From Tubiluchus corallicola (lineage: Eukaryota; Animalia; Priapulida), in NCBI GenBank assembly GCA_030141605.1, contig JAQGDQ010000083.1:1-64000 (forward strand): a stretch of 64,000 bases of DNA, read 5' to 3'. A program made the translations under genes and the position numbers. The notes under the pieces were generated by a model that saw only the letters and a list, made by a program, of their open reading frames with translations, was not told the origin of the DNA and made no database searches. Positions 37,654 to 64,000 of this stretch are shown here, in pieces (position 1 is the stretch's first letter; each line of letters starts with the position of its first letter).

Positions 37654-39750
37654 TCATCATCATCATCATGATCCAATGAATCACACATCCAGTGACATGA
37701 TTCTGTTCACCTCCCTATGCCAGGACTCCCTGCTCGCCGCAATGCCCCAAGTAGATTTATTTCTAAGGATCAATGCTAAAGTGTTTAAATCTTTTTGTGC
37801 AAAATCTAAATATGTTAACATTTGTCCTCCTGCAGGTTTTTTAGCTGGTTCTATGGCTTGTTGAAGAGCTATCTTCACTGGAGTATCATCAGGTAGTCTA
37901 AGCATATGCCCAATCCATCTTAAACGGCGTCTTTTTATTTTTCTTGTCCAAGGTTCTTCTTTTATTGTTTCATATAGATCTTTGTTTGAAATTTTCTTTG
38001 GCCATCTAATACCCAACATGTTTTTGTAATTTCGCCTTTGAAACGCATCGATTTCAGCTTTATGATTTGCTTTTAATGTCCAGAGCTCAGAGTTATATAG
38101 AAATACAGTTTCAACTAAGGCTGAGAATATTCTAATTTTTGTTTCCAAAGAAATTTTTTTAAGTTTTGAGTAAACTGATAATGCCATTATCTTCCGTCTT
38201 GATATGTCGTCTTCTGTTGTCAGCAGACTACCGAGATACTTGCATCTTTGCCATGATTCATCACCATGGCGTGTTATGTGAAACTCTTCAGTTTTATTTT
38301 TGTTTACAATGAGATCCATTCTGTTCAGTTTCTCCTCTATTGAGTTTTTTATTTCATCTACGTCTTCTTTGTTTCTTGTAATCCATGCCACATCATCAGC
38401 ATACTGCATAGATATAGTAGTTGACTTACTTTGTAGAGAACTGTAACTGCATTCTTGTCTTACTTCATTCGGTATTAATTCAGGATCAAGAATTGTGTAG
38501 TTGTGATCTTCTAGGTCTTTCAATGGTATAACTTTGTCCTCAGTGAGAGCTATGGCAAGATATAAAGTGAAAAGTACAGGGCTTAGGCAGTCACCCTGAG
38601 GTACTCCTTTGTCTGTAGAAAACGGCTGACTCAATTTCCCTTCACACCTGACTTGAATTAATAAATTTTCTAACATTATACTTATGATGTATATTTCATC
38701 AGGTTCAAGGATTTCTTCCAGGCAGCATAGCAGAGTTTTTCTCCGCACACAATCAAAGGCCTTTGACATATCGATCATGAATATGTATTGAGTAATCAGC
38801 AGAAGAGATGGCTTTTCCGGCTAGTAATTTACAGGCTTGTACTAATTCAGTAGTATTCCGTCCTGGTTGATATGCTGCTTGGCTTGTTGGAATGTAAGTG
38901 TGTAACCTGTCATAGATCCTAGTCAACATACAGTGGCGACCAAACTATATAAATCAATCGTTCGTCCTATTCTGGATTATGGTGATGTGATTTGGAGCCC
39001 AAATCGTCAAGACATGATAAGAAAAATTGAAAGTATACAACGTCGAGCTACTAGACTTGTACCTGCCATTTCTCATTTACCGTATGTTGCAAGACTTAAG
39101 ATTCTCGGCCTTACAACTCTGAAATACAGACGCAAAAGACAAGATTTAATCCAAACATTCCGTATTCTTAAAGGCATAGAAACCATCAACAGTGAAATAT
39201 TTTTTCACCGACAGACATATCATGGTACCAGAGGTCACTCCTACAAAATCAAGAAGAGAACAGTTCCCAAAAGGTGGAACAGAAGAAGATTCACATTCGC
39301 AAGGCGAGTAATTAATGAGTGGAACAAGCTGCCTGACCATGTAATACAAGCACCCAATCCTGCCCAGTTTAAGTCTCGTCTCCATAGATTTTGGAAAAAC
39401 AATGCTGAAAAATATATAGACCCCAGGTTGCCACAATGGCAACAAGAAACCCTATGCTTCGCTTCGTGATCGTAGTGTCGCCACCCATTATGTATTCTTA
39501 ATATTGACAAAGTAAACAAGGAAGAGTGGAGAGGTTTATAAGCTATGTATGCTTAACCTCTATCCTTCGACGGTAACGGTACAGATCTTCCTTAGTATAG
39601 TAGTGTAAGCAACATCAATGGTCTAAGATTTTATATAGGACCTCGTTTCTTACCTGGCTTGGGTAAAGGGATAAGTATTCCTTTATGAATATCCTGCGGA
39701 AATGTGCCTGTTTTTAAAATATTGTTTAGAATTTCAGCAATTTCTGCACG
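37654..39750 (-). mobile_element. 5'-truncated RTE-like LINE (RT domain), interrupted by a CR1-like insertion
   Basis: ORF 37681-38778 with DMSKAFD, GVPQGDCLSP.LF, QYADD, KYLGS, RWIGHMLR; upstream RT parts at 38780-38930 (QAAYQPGRNTTE) and 39585-39750 (GILIPLPKPGK...NLRPLMLL); (TGA)n tail at 37654-37670. Confidence 0.92.
38934..39580 (+). mobile_element. 5'-truncated CR1-clade LINE nested in the RTE element in opposite orientation
   Basis: LYKSIVRPILDYG..IWSP...IESIQRRATRLV...Y.ARLK.LGL.TL..RR.R.DLI..F.IL.G...TRGHSYK...F..RVIN.WN.LP is the CR1 C terminus; ends in (cggtaa)n; flanked by a tacag direct repeat. Confidence 0.88.
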
Positions 39751-42700
39751 TCACGTCGCGATTCCCCAATAAGCATTACGGGATATCTTCAACAGGAAAG
39801 CCAATCACTTGGTAACACATTGACGGAATATTTACGACGAGTCTCACGTTGGACACTTAGGGCTAGGCTTGGTTAATGGTTATGCTCATTTGCGAATAAT
39901 TTTTAATTGAGTATTAACATTGTTAATTATTTTTAACGGTAAATTGCTGTAGTGATCAACTATTAATTTTACTAAGACTTACATATAATTATTTGCATGG
40001 AAGGTGAACATTTCTTTTATTTCATCGATTAGCACCTAAAAGATTTGCAGCAACTTGCACATAAATAGAAATTTAATGAAAAAAAATTAGAGTAGCATAA
40101 TACGAAAAAAATTTACAATACCTATACATTACGCACATAAACAGACACATAAAATGAGAGTAAATAAAGTAGAATGTTAACAAATTGCCACTTTTTCTGT
40201 AAAAAAAACAAATTGCATGGCCGCTTAACAAAAATCAAAACTACCTGTCAAATGAAAAACAATGTGGACAGCTAAGTAAGATAAATTACTCAAAATGACA
40301 CCGTACATTTAACAACCAAAAAGAAGGCAATGATTAAGGAACGTGTATGAAAGAAACAATGAAAGTGCATTTGATAAGTCACATCAGATTACAAGATTAG
40401 TGCATTTGATCAACACCAGCAACAAGAATTATTAGTGAATTTTTTCTCGTATTTTGATTATTAGACAATGAGCAGCATCAAATGCACTCAGCATGATACT
40501 GTATGAGTTCACTTTTTCATTTCACTACATTGTGAAACTCTGACAACTGATATCTATTTGTTATACATAATACAAAGCTGCAATTCACTGTAAATACTAA
40601 AGCATTAATTTTAACACGAGGTCCCCATGTGTCACTGTTCTTACTGTGGAGAGTGATCTTAAAAGGTTGTGTACATGAGTTTGACTTGACACGAGAAACA
40701 AAACAGATTCTAGCATATTATTGGCTGCATATTGTTTGCAAATTAAAGTTTTTATTAAGCAAAATACGAGTAGATTTATAATTTAATATTGTTAAACTGA
40801 GCAATTAGGTATGCAGTAATATAACTTTTGATCACTGACTTCCAGAAATGTTAGTGTGTGTGGCAATAAGCTATTATGATAAAAATATGTTGCTTCATGA
40901 TATCTATCATATACAACATTAGAATTGTACTGTAAAATACCCCCTTGCTCTTGCCAGGAATTTTAAACATATAAGGCATTGCATTTTCTGTTTTGAGTTC
41001 ATTTATTGTAACACAGAAATATAGTTAAAGTTTAAATAAACAAGAATAAAACAACAGCATGCACTAAACGTTTTATACAGTGTAATTGTTATTATCAGTA
41101 TCAACACAGCAAACACATAAAATTACAATTTACTGACATCATTTTAAAGTTGTGTGTTTTAGATTTAGACAAAGAAGAGATTTTAAGTTAAGTAGGAGAA
41201 AAATCTTAACATTTTAAAAAGACAACCATGTGTACTTCAGCTTTTTTATATTAACTCTACAATTTCACAGACTAATTCAGCATATGGCTCAACACCCATT
41301 GATATTCAGCAAATCATAGTTGTACAGGCACCTAGTCAAGCTGACATGCAAAAATGATTGCAAAGTAATCTGGAAGAGCTTCATAAAACTAAACATGGAA
41401 CAGATATTACTTAAGTAACTTTAGCTACTACTCTTTACTCCAGATTTGCCAAATAAAAACTAATCTTATATTGTTTTGGAATATAGGATTAAACTATCTG
41501 GAATAAACTATCTCAAATCTAGGCAGCTGAGGTTATCAGGCTTTTGATAATGAGAGATTTTTGCGATTAATTAACCACATTACTTATTTAATTAAAAGAA
41601 CAGTATAAGAAAGTGTCAAAATGGAAAGATAAACACTATGAAGCACTTATAATAACTGCGGTAAAATTCACACAAGAATAGCATCTACGAATTTTGAAGA
41701 GTACTTTAGTTCTATCAACATTCAAATTGCAAAAAATAAGCAAAAAATCTTGTATTTATTACACTGCGGATAGCCAGAACACATGACGTCTTTTGAAATG
41801 TAAAGTTTACGTAAAACGAAAAAAAATCACACAAATGGGATACTAACCAAACTCAGACATGAACCAACTATATACAAAATTTGATAGTAAAGATTAATTT
41901 TGACTGGGCAAGTTTGACAGCTTCACTAATTGATGTGTAAATTAATAAACTGTACAATTCCCACTTACATGTGGGAACTTTATATGTAACAACGAACTTT
42001 AGTATAAAAGTAAACAGGTAACCACAACGAAATGCAGATTAAAGGCAAGTAATGATAAATCAACAAATTTTACAATGTGTGAATAAACGGAACAAGTTTG
42101 GCTAAAAATAAGCTAGTACACCAATTGTTTCTTTTTATCAAAATATTCAAAGTATATACACAGGCATGAAATTACTGCTTTCATCTGCGATTTAAAGATG
42201 AAGTCTGGCAATATATTGTGCACTTAAGAAGTTAGCAAGAAAAACACTATGTATGACACTACTACTAAATACTAGTATTTAAATATCAAATTCCAAATAA
42301 CAAGCTGCAATATCAATGACACAATAGCTTGAAAGCAGATGGAAAACATGTATAAAATTCAAATGCTGAACATTTAATTCACATATACACGTCACACCAA
42401 AAAATGCATAGGTTAAAAATTATGTAATAAACAAATTCTGTTGCCTTAGTTACTTCACTATACTCACAATGGAAGACAGAAACCTAAACGGTAACGGCAC
42501 TGTGAGTGTAGTGTGTGAGTGCAACGTTCGAGTGTACTCGCTAAATTCCTGCAACAAGCCTGCAAGACCTTCTCTTACAGAAGACATCATACACGACCAG
42601 AATATTTATAAAATTTATAACGAAAATCAGAATCGAAAACAAGTTCATCAAAAATTTGAGAAATAAATAGAAATGCAAACAAGAGAACAATCCATTTATA

Positions 42701-44169
42701 TTTATATATTAAACAAGTTCAGTTTATAGATCTCTGGCCTCTCAATACCAATAATATATTATTCCAAAAATGATAAAAAGATTTCCACACGAGGCACACA
42801 TACATTGCTAGTAGCAACGAGAAAGCCTGGCACGCATATTGTGCACAGTTTCGCCTTGCATTGTGGAAGTTTTAATATATTAATTATACATTATATATTA
42901 TATTCATAAATATAATTAGAAAATTTACAATGGTAATGGTAATTCGTACTTTCATAGAAATGTTCTTTAACACCATATTCAAGCAACTTACGAAATAACT
43001 TGCTACCCACCTTCGCAGACATATATATATTGTTCACTCAAGTCCGTGACAACTGACATTTTACACCAGTATCACAAAGAATCCTTTAATAAACTGAAAG
43101 GCTTTATTAACATGCATGCATTTGCAAGAAATATTAACAATATCATGGAAATATTCCTTGTATACTGTTTTAGTTTTCCATGAATAAGTTAATAAGTAAG
43201 TTAAATACCCAAGTGATGATAAAAAAACAGTCACACCCCTTCGACAAAATGAGACGCTCCATCTTGGCCAGTCGAAAGAAATGAAGTAGCTCATTTTGAA
43301 GGGAACGGGGAAGGTGACACATGCGAATAGGTGAAAAATTACAATAAGAATACTTATAATAATAACTAATGATGAAATAGCAAATGAAGTTCAGTGGCTG
43401 ATCATACAGTTTCCAGATCACAAAATCAACCAATCACATTCAATGTCACAGCTCAATTGTCTAATATTTTACAAGTGACCTACTCTTGTAATGTCTGTCA
43501 AAATTAACTGACTAAAGACAGTTGCTATTAACAACTATTAATCAGAAATGCTGATTCAGCCTACATTCTGAAAAGGCACTTCTGACTGGCCATTGGCCAG
43601 TGGGCCACCCAATACCAGCCACTCACAAACTGTGTTACAAAACAAGTGCGAAATAATGAGGTAGCTGCACGCAAATATAAATAAATAAACTAAAAATTAC
43701 TAGATGTTAACAAGTTATACATAAAATGCTTTAGTTTGATGATGTGAATCAAAAGCCTTGTGCATTCAGCATGACGGACATGAATAAATTCAACAAGTTA
43801 AAACTATAGTGTTGTGAACACTGTACAAATAGTGAAAACTCAAAAACAACAACTGACTAATAACGTAATAACGTAGCAAAACAATAGCTTTTCTGAGACA
43901 AAAAACAGATCATAGTAACACAGTACGTGATGGCAGATGTAGCTTCATCACTGCTCGACCATACTTGGTAATGTTTCACGAGTGAATGCCACATCTGTTT
44001 TGTTTATTTCATTAATATTGTGAATGTGCATGTGTTGTTAAGTGTGACCAGAATGACGTGAAACGGAACTCAGAAATGAAAGTTTCTGCAACAAATAAAA
44101 ATAAAACAGATATTAATTGTAAAATGCATTTTGAATTTATAAACTAGCAGATCAGAAACAGTAAATCAC

Positions 44170-44180
44170 AGAGAGTGAGT

Positions 44181-44211
<31 letters not shown>

Positions 44212-44276
44212 GAAGAGAGGGAGAGAGGAAGAGAGAGGGAGAAAAGGGAGAGAGGGAGGGAGGGAAAGAGGAGAAA
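44170..44276. repeat. (GA)n/purine-rich microsatellite in the presumed calcineurin 3' UTR
   Basis: Direct reading; ~150 bp downstream of the stop codon. Confidence 0.9.
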
Positions 44277-44431
44277 GTATAGTACTTTATAAGATTTATG
44301 TGTCATTGTACGTATTGGACTAAACACTCATTTCTTAAATTCAAAGAACTCAATTCAACTTAAGTAACTTCTTTGCCACCCTGGAGAAAAAAATTACGAC
44401 AAAAACAAAACAAAAAACAATGTACCTGATA

Positions 44432-58257
<13,826 letters not shown>

Positions 58258-60784
58258 CTGCAATACAGAAATGAAAATGTGTAAATAGCTAACTAAAGCA
58301 TCTGCTCTGAATACATAGTATCCAAATGGCAGGGTACATTTATGGAACTGCAAGTCATGGACATCCAAAGGTGGCCACTTTTGTATTTACTGGACTAACA
58401 TATACATATACACATACTTGACCAGAACTGATATGTATTTTCTGTATTTTTACAGTAAAATAAAAATTATATACATTAGAAAGCCTACACACTTTTTGAA
58501 GACAATCATTGGCAGAGAAAATAATCCTTTTGAAATCAGTCAAACGTTCAAGAAACAACAATTTTAAATAGTTTAGCCCTCTGCAAGCTGAGGTTTAAAA
58601 TTCAACACCTGACAATTGCGGCAGGACTAAAATTTAGTTTAATACAAAAAATAATCCTCCAGCTTAATAGCAAAGATACTCCAAGGTGAGATGTCTAATC
58701 AGAACAGGGGCTGGTATCAGGACTGGTTTCTTGGTGGATACACATCATAGCGATTATTTAGTTATATGCCTAGCTTATAAAAATAATAACAATAATAGTG
58801 ATACAGTTCAATGTTTACAATAATGATAATAACAAAATGAAAATGATGGTGGCAATGATTACATAATAAATACTTTGGAAACATTTTTAATGTATGCTTT
58901 CTTTAGCACCAGGGTATCTGCCTTCTCTCCGCTATTATTCCAAGATCTAGCAGCAACGCATTATATGCCAATTGCATAACTATGATTAACTTAATTATCC
59001 AACAAGGTATTAGCTTAACTGTATTGATTTCCAAGCCACTAGGGGAATTGCCTGAGTCAGCATTAGATATTAATGGATAGGCCACAGGTGTCAATAGAAT
59101 ACACTATAAATAGTTGAAAAAGCCCATAAGATCAACAGGAATATTGAAAACACTGTAGTTAACGTGCCTACATAACATAACTACATATAGGTTAATTCAA
59201 ATGATTTTTAAATTTTTATATAAACGAGTTTTTGAAACTTAACTGCAAATTCTTTATGTGTTGCAGCTGTCTTATATCTGTGTGTATTTCAATACTGCCT
59301 TTACACTTTACATTTATAGTAAATGTACATGTATATAAAAAAGTAATCTTGCTTTATTTGGCAAAAACACTAGCACTTGTCAAAGGCTAATTACATTATA
59401 ATTTTTCTGAAGACGTTGTATTATCCCAAACACGTTTTTTGCACAATTAAAACAGAATGGAGTGGCAAGACTGTACCAAAATTAACTAAATTTTTGTTTA
59501 TTTTGTGCACATAATAAATAAATTGACAACAATGCTGGCAGCACTGCACTTAACGCCGCAGCAATTTGTTGAAATACCAATAAAAATTGGTCAGCATCTT
59601 AATTTGTGAAAACTAAATACATCAACAAAACAAAACCAGAGACTTGGAACTTGTTTAATTTTCCTTAACGCCTTTATTTCAATATTATTTTAACGTTGAC
59701 GTCCTCGAACGTGGATTTTCTTCAAAGTTTTAGGAAACCATTTTCAATTCAAATAACAACTTAGATTTATTCCAAACTGCAACTTTTGTTTGGCCAGGAA
59801 TTCAGACACAGTTTAAAAATTACATTTTGGTAAATTCACAGTTCAAACATTTTGCTATAAACAAAGCCTGTAAGATAACGCAGATAACTATCTCGTACTA
59901 TCTTGTAAAAAACTTGTGCTACGAACCAAACAAGAAGCCACGGCATTAAGTTTTAACAACCCAGCACAGGTACAGATCAGACCTCGTTTTTTTGGTTACT
60001 GTTATCAGCTTTGTCTCGCATGCTATGGAGACTGGCAAATCAGCATCTCAGTGCTGAGGGTTCTATGTATTACTTACATTAGCAGCTATGACGTCACTGT
60101 GAATTAGACAAGGCTGGGCTTTGAAATAATAATGAGCTTACTGTGTGTATTGTGCTAAATATAGGCAATCGAATAATGATCACATTTTCATTACTGAGAA
60201 AAGCACGTGTCGCTAATTAATCCAACAGACATTAACAGCCCAATGGGATCTAATCACAAACAGCCGCTAAAATATCTACTCATAATCCGCAATTAATCCG
60301 AAAGGATTAGCTGCTCCATTTTTCCTGGCCATCAGCGCCTGCGATTGGTCGACATATCGATCAGCATTATTCCCGGGCAGCGATATCCATCAAGGATGCC
60401 AATATCGCTAACGTTGACTGACCTAGATCTGCGTGAGGGCAACAATTTTGCTTATTACTAGACTCACAAAGTACGCATGAATAAAAAACTGAAGAAACAA
60501 TGAAGTGAGGGAAAAGTAGGCAAAGCAAACTGAATGTGAAGCCAAAAAATTCTCCTTCCAGAGTAAACAATGGTCTACTCTAGCAGAAAGTAGTTTGCCT
60601 TTTCTGTTTTGTGGTCTTTCTGTTTTCCCTGGGTAAGTTTGGCAAAGCTAATAGTCAGCCAAGTTTGGACGAGATGGAGTGTACACAAATGCTGCACAGA
60701 CATGGATTACACTTGTAGGATAACTTTATATGATATAATCCAGAGAAAACACCTTAGGTAACACTTAAATAATACTTATTTCCA

Positions 60785-60952
60785 AGGTGGTCCCAATCAA
60801 TAATAACCGCACGTAATTTCGATAAACCCGTGTGCTTGGCTGAAGAACCAGCGATACCATATTCTAAGTCTTTGGTATGACTCGATCGGAAGTTGAACCC
60901 GCGACCTCGCGAGTGAGAAGTGAGCACGATACCACTGAACTACGCCACCCGG
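60785..60952 (-). mobile_element. tRNA-derived SINE
   Basis: Minus strand: gtagttcagtggtatcg (A-box-like) ... gaggtcgcgggttcaacttcc (B-box-like), running into gtcataccaaagact...tggta body sequence instead of an acceptor stem/terminator. Confidence 0.65.
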
Positions 60953-62890
60953 TAATAATTAAGATTATTACTTTCAAGACCCCCTCAATCTCACGTGTTA
61001 ATCAAACAAAAAAGTTTAACACCTAGGCTGACAACGCTTGGACAACGTCTAACGACAGCCTGACACACATTTGACTTTTTTTTCACTAATATAAAAGGAA
61101 GAGAAAGATCAATCGTCAATGCATTGCTACAAATTTCTTTCTAGTCCAATTGCGACTTTAGTTGGCGCCGTGCAATAAACACGAGTTTCATAAAAACGCT
61201 AAACCAGGTGTCTCTCATTCTCAACTTTGTTAAATTCTATGACTTCGCGAAAGCCGCCCAACAAAATATACTCACATGTTAAAAGAATTTCAAAATATGT
61301 ACACCCTTCCCTTTCGTTCAGTGAACATTATCTTACACGAAACACTCAAACACTGCAATCGGTCTTTCTCTTTCTAATAATGTGTTTATTTTTTCGGGGC
61401 GACCTCGTAGTTGCACAAATCGATTTTTTCAGGAAATTGTTTGCAACATTTTTACAAAATTTGCTTGGATTCTATCCGGGAAAATACCCACTGCGAGAAA
61501 GTGTAGCCACCCAGGAAACAAAATTCTGTCTGTTAACACCTACGTTGAATTTTCTTTACAGTAATGTCTAGAACTCTAACAGTCCGGTTCTTTACATTTC
61601 CGTTCTATGACTTTTGCGGAAAAAAGGGAAAAATCACCGTTCGTTTGACGCGTAAATAGTTCGGTCGTTGTTGAGAACATCGCGCCTTACATGTAACTCC
61701 AAAATACACAAGTGCAAATATTTTATACCTGGAGAGTTAATACGTGTATACACAGTAGTTAGATTTCACAGTGCAAAATAAGATGGAGGGCCCAGACTCC
61801 CTATTTTTCGAGAAATTAGACAAGCATTCGTTTAAACAAAGCAACTGAAACAAGGGTTTTCAGTTTACAACAATCATCTACTATTTCAGGAACTGGCGGT
61901 GAGAGTATAAAATTTAGTTAAAGATTAAGTCTTACTGAACTATCTGCAGTACTTATTTTAATTGCTAACCAATGGTGTGCTCGTGCACTTTTGCAAGATT
62001 AAAGAAGTTAACGCTACAATCTTACTATCTCTTGCTCTGAATTTAATTAAGGCTACCTGTAAAAACCTAACTTAAAACAATCATGCGCTCTAGGTTGGAA
62101 ACTACATGATGAGAAATATAAACCATAACAGCGATTATTTAATGAAGTTATTTCAGAGGCATGCTACTGCAGCGGATGCCATTTATGCCTAATAAGTAAA
62201 GTCAATGACAGACTACGCCAAGGTAAACATGTAGAAACCTCTATTTCAAAAGTATTAAGTTTCCAGCAAATGTACATACTTGTACATGGCTTAGCTCAGT
62301 TAGTTGAGCCAATCCAGTTGGACACTAAAGCAGCTTATTGAAGCAAACTACCTAACATAACATGGTTTAATCTGTTCAGCAAACGAATGCTGTGTAGTAG
62401 TGTTGGAAGCCACAGGACCTTGGAACTTCACTGCATGGGGAATTCAGAAACAGAAAGGCCCTTCAAGGGCAACGGTTCGTCAGCTTCTACGACAACAGTT
62501 CTTAATGCTTTGTGGTCCCAATTTCCCATATGCAATTATGAATCATTCATCCTTCTACACAGGTCTTACAACATTCTGCATACTCGAATTCCCAAAGCAC
62601 ACTAGGCCTAATGTACTTCAACTAATTTACAGAAGTACGACAATTTGTCTTACCAAAGCTTAACAACTAAAGCTTAGATCCTGTGCATTTTTTCAAGCAA
62701 AATAGCCTTTAAAAATAGGAAAATTAAAAGCTTGAAAGACAGCAAGAAAATAATTCGACGTGCATACCGCATTGAAAAGCGAAACGCAAAATAACTTCTG
62801 ATAATCTGAAATACGTAGATTTGAAATGAGATAGAAAATTAAACAGGAGACAGAAAGAGCGACAGATATGCGGTTAGACACAGACACAGA

Positions 62891-63396
<506 letters not shown>

Positions 63397-64000
63397 CTAT
63401 TTATTAGGAGTGGATAGACTGGATTGTAGTTTACAGCAAGTTTACAACCCTACTACAAATACACGGAATGGTTTTTTGATCACATAAGATTTACACGGCT
63501 AAAGAGAATGTGTTGCCGCGGAATTCCCCAACATCAATATCCAGGGCAATACAGGTGTAAGTTACAGGTGAGTTAATGCACTTCCACCCAGGTAATCAGA
63601 GCAGAGAAATCAGCAGGCGGTTGCTAGGTACGCCATTCAAAAAGATGTAAAATTAAGAGGAGGGTGTGCTAAGTGAGGTTTATTTTTCTAAGGAAAGGTT
63701 GCAAAGGTTTTTTTGTAAAAACACCTCACAACTACGTTTATCCATTGTAATGCCACAAACAGCAAGTAATAAAAGATCAGCAGTTATAGCTTTAATCATC
63801 AATTTTGATTAAATAAATGATAAGTGTTTATGCATCGCGCACAAATAACGAGCAAATATTTTTACAGAATAGTGCAATATGTCTGCAACATTACACTTAC
63901 AATATAGGCTCATTCCAGAGAACCTATAAAAACGTATTACAAAATTTTCTTGTGTGTATCTGGCCTATGGGGAAATTTGTCACAATATTGCATGCACGCA

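Noticed and set aside
60880-60952. tRNA gene
   Set aside because: A/B-box-like motifs only; no clean cloverleaf, and it continues into a SINE-type body.

Overview
AT-rich, intron-containing animal (invertebrate-type) genomic DNA; all host genes are on the minus strand. Left half (1-~41 kb): a tandem array of at least three PBLD / PhzF-family (DAP-epimerase fold) genes with a ~14.4-15 kb period. Copy 1 is partial (exons 1-4). Copies 2 and 3 are complete 7-exon, 296-codon ORFs reconstructed by hand from GT-AG boundaries. Both complete copies carry a Cys/Cys active-site pair (LCGH...EDPVCGS). Copy 3 has lost the PhzF catalytic Glu (NLSET->NLPIT), differs at 21 residues concentrated around the active-site motifs, and is bracketed by two copy-specific solo LTRs, with a truncated P/THAP transposon in intron 4. 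Right half (44.4-58.3 kb, continuing beyond the window): the 3' part of a calcineurin A (PPP3C) gene. Its regulatory region appears to contain two mutually exclusive calmodulin-binding-domain exons, three frame-preserving microexons (3, 6 and 9 nt) and further candidate cassette/terminal exons. Spacers and introns hold nested non-LTR retroelements (RTE-like, CR1-like), MITEs, a tRNA-derived SINE, mini- and microsatellites. All splicing, expression and enzymatic claims are inferences from sequence only; most short ORFs in the supplied track are spurious.
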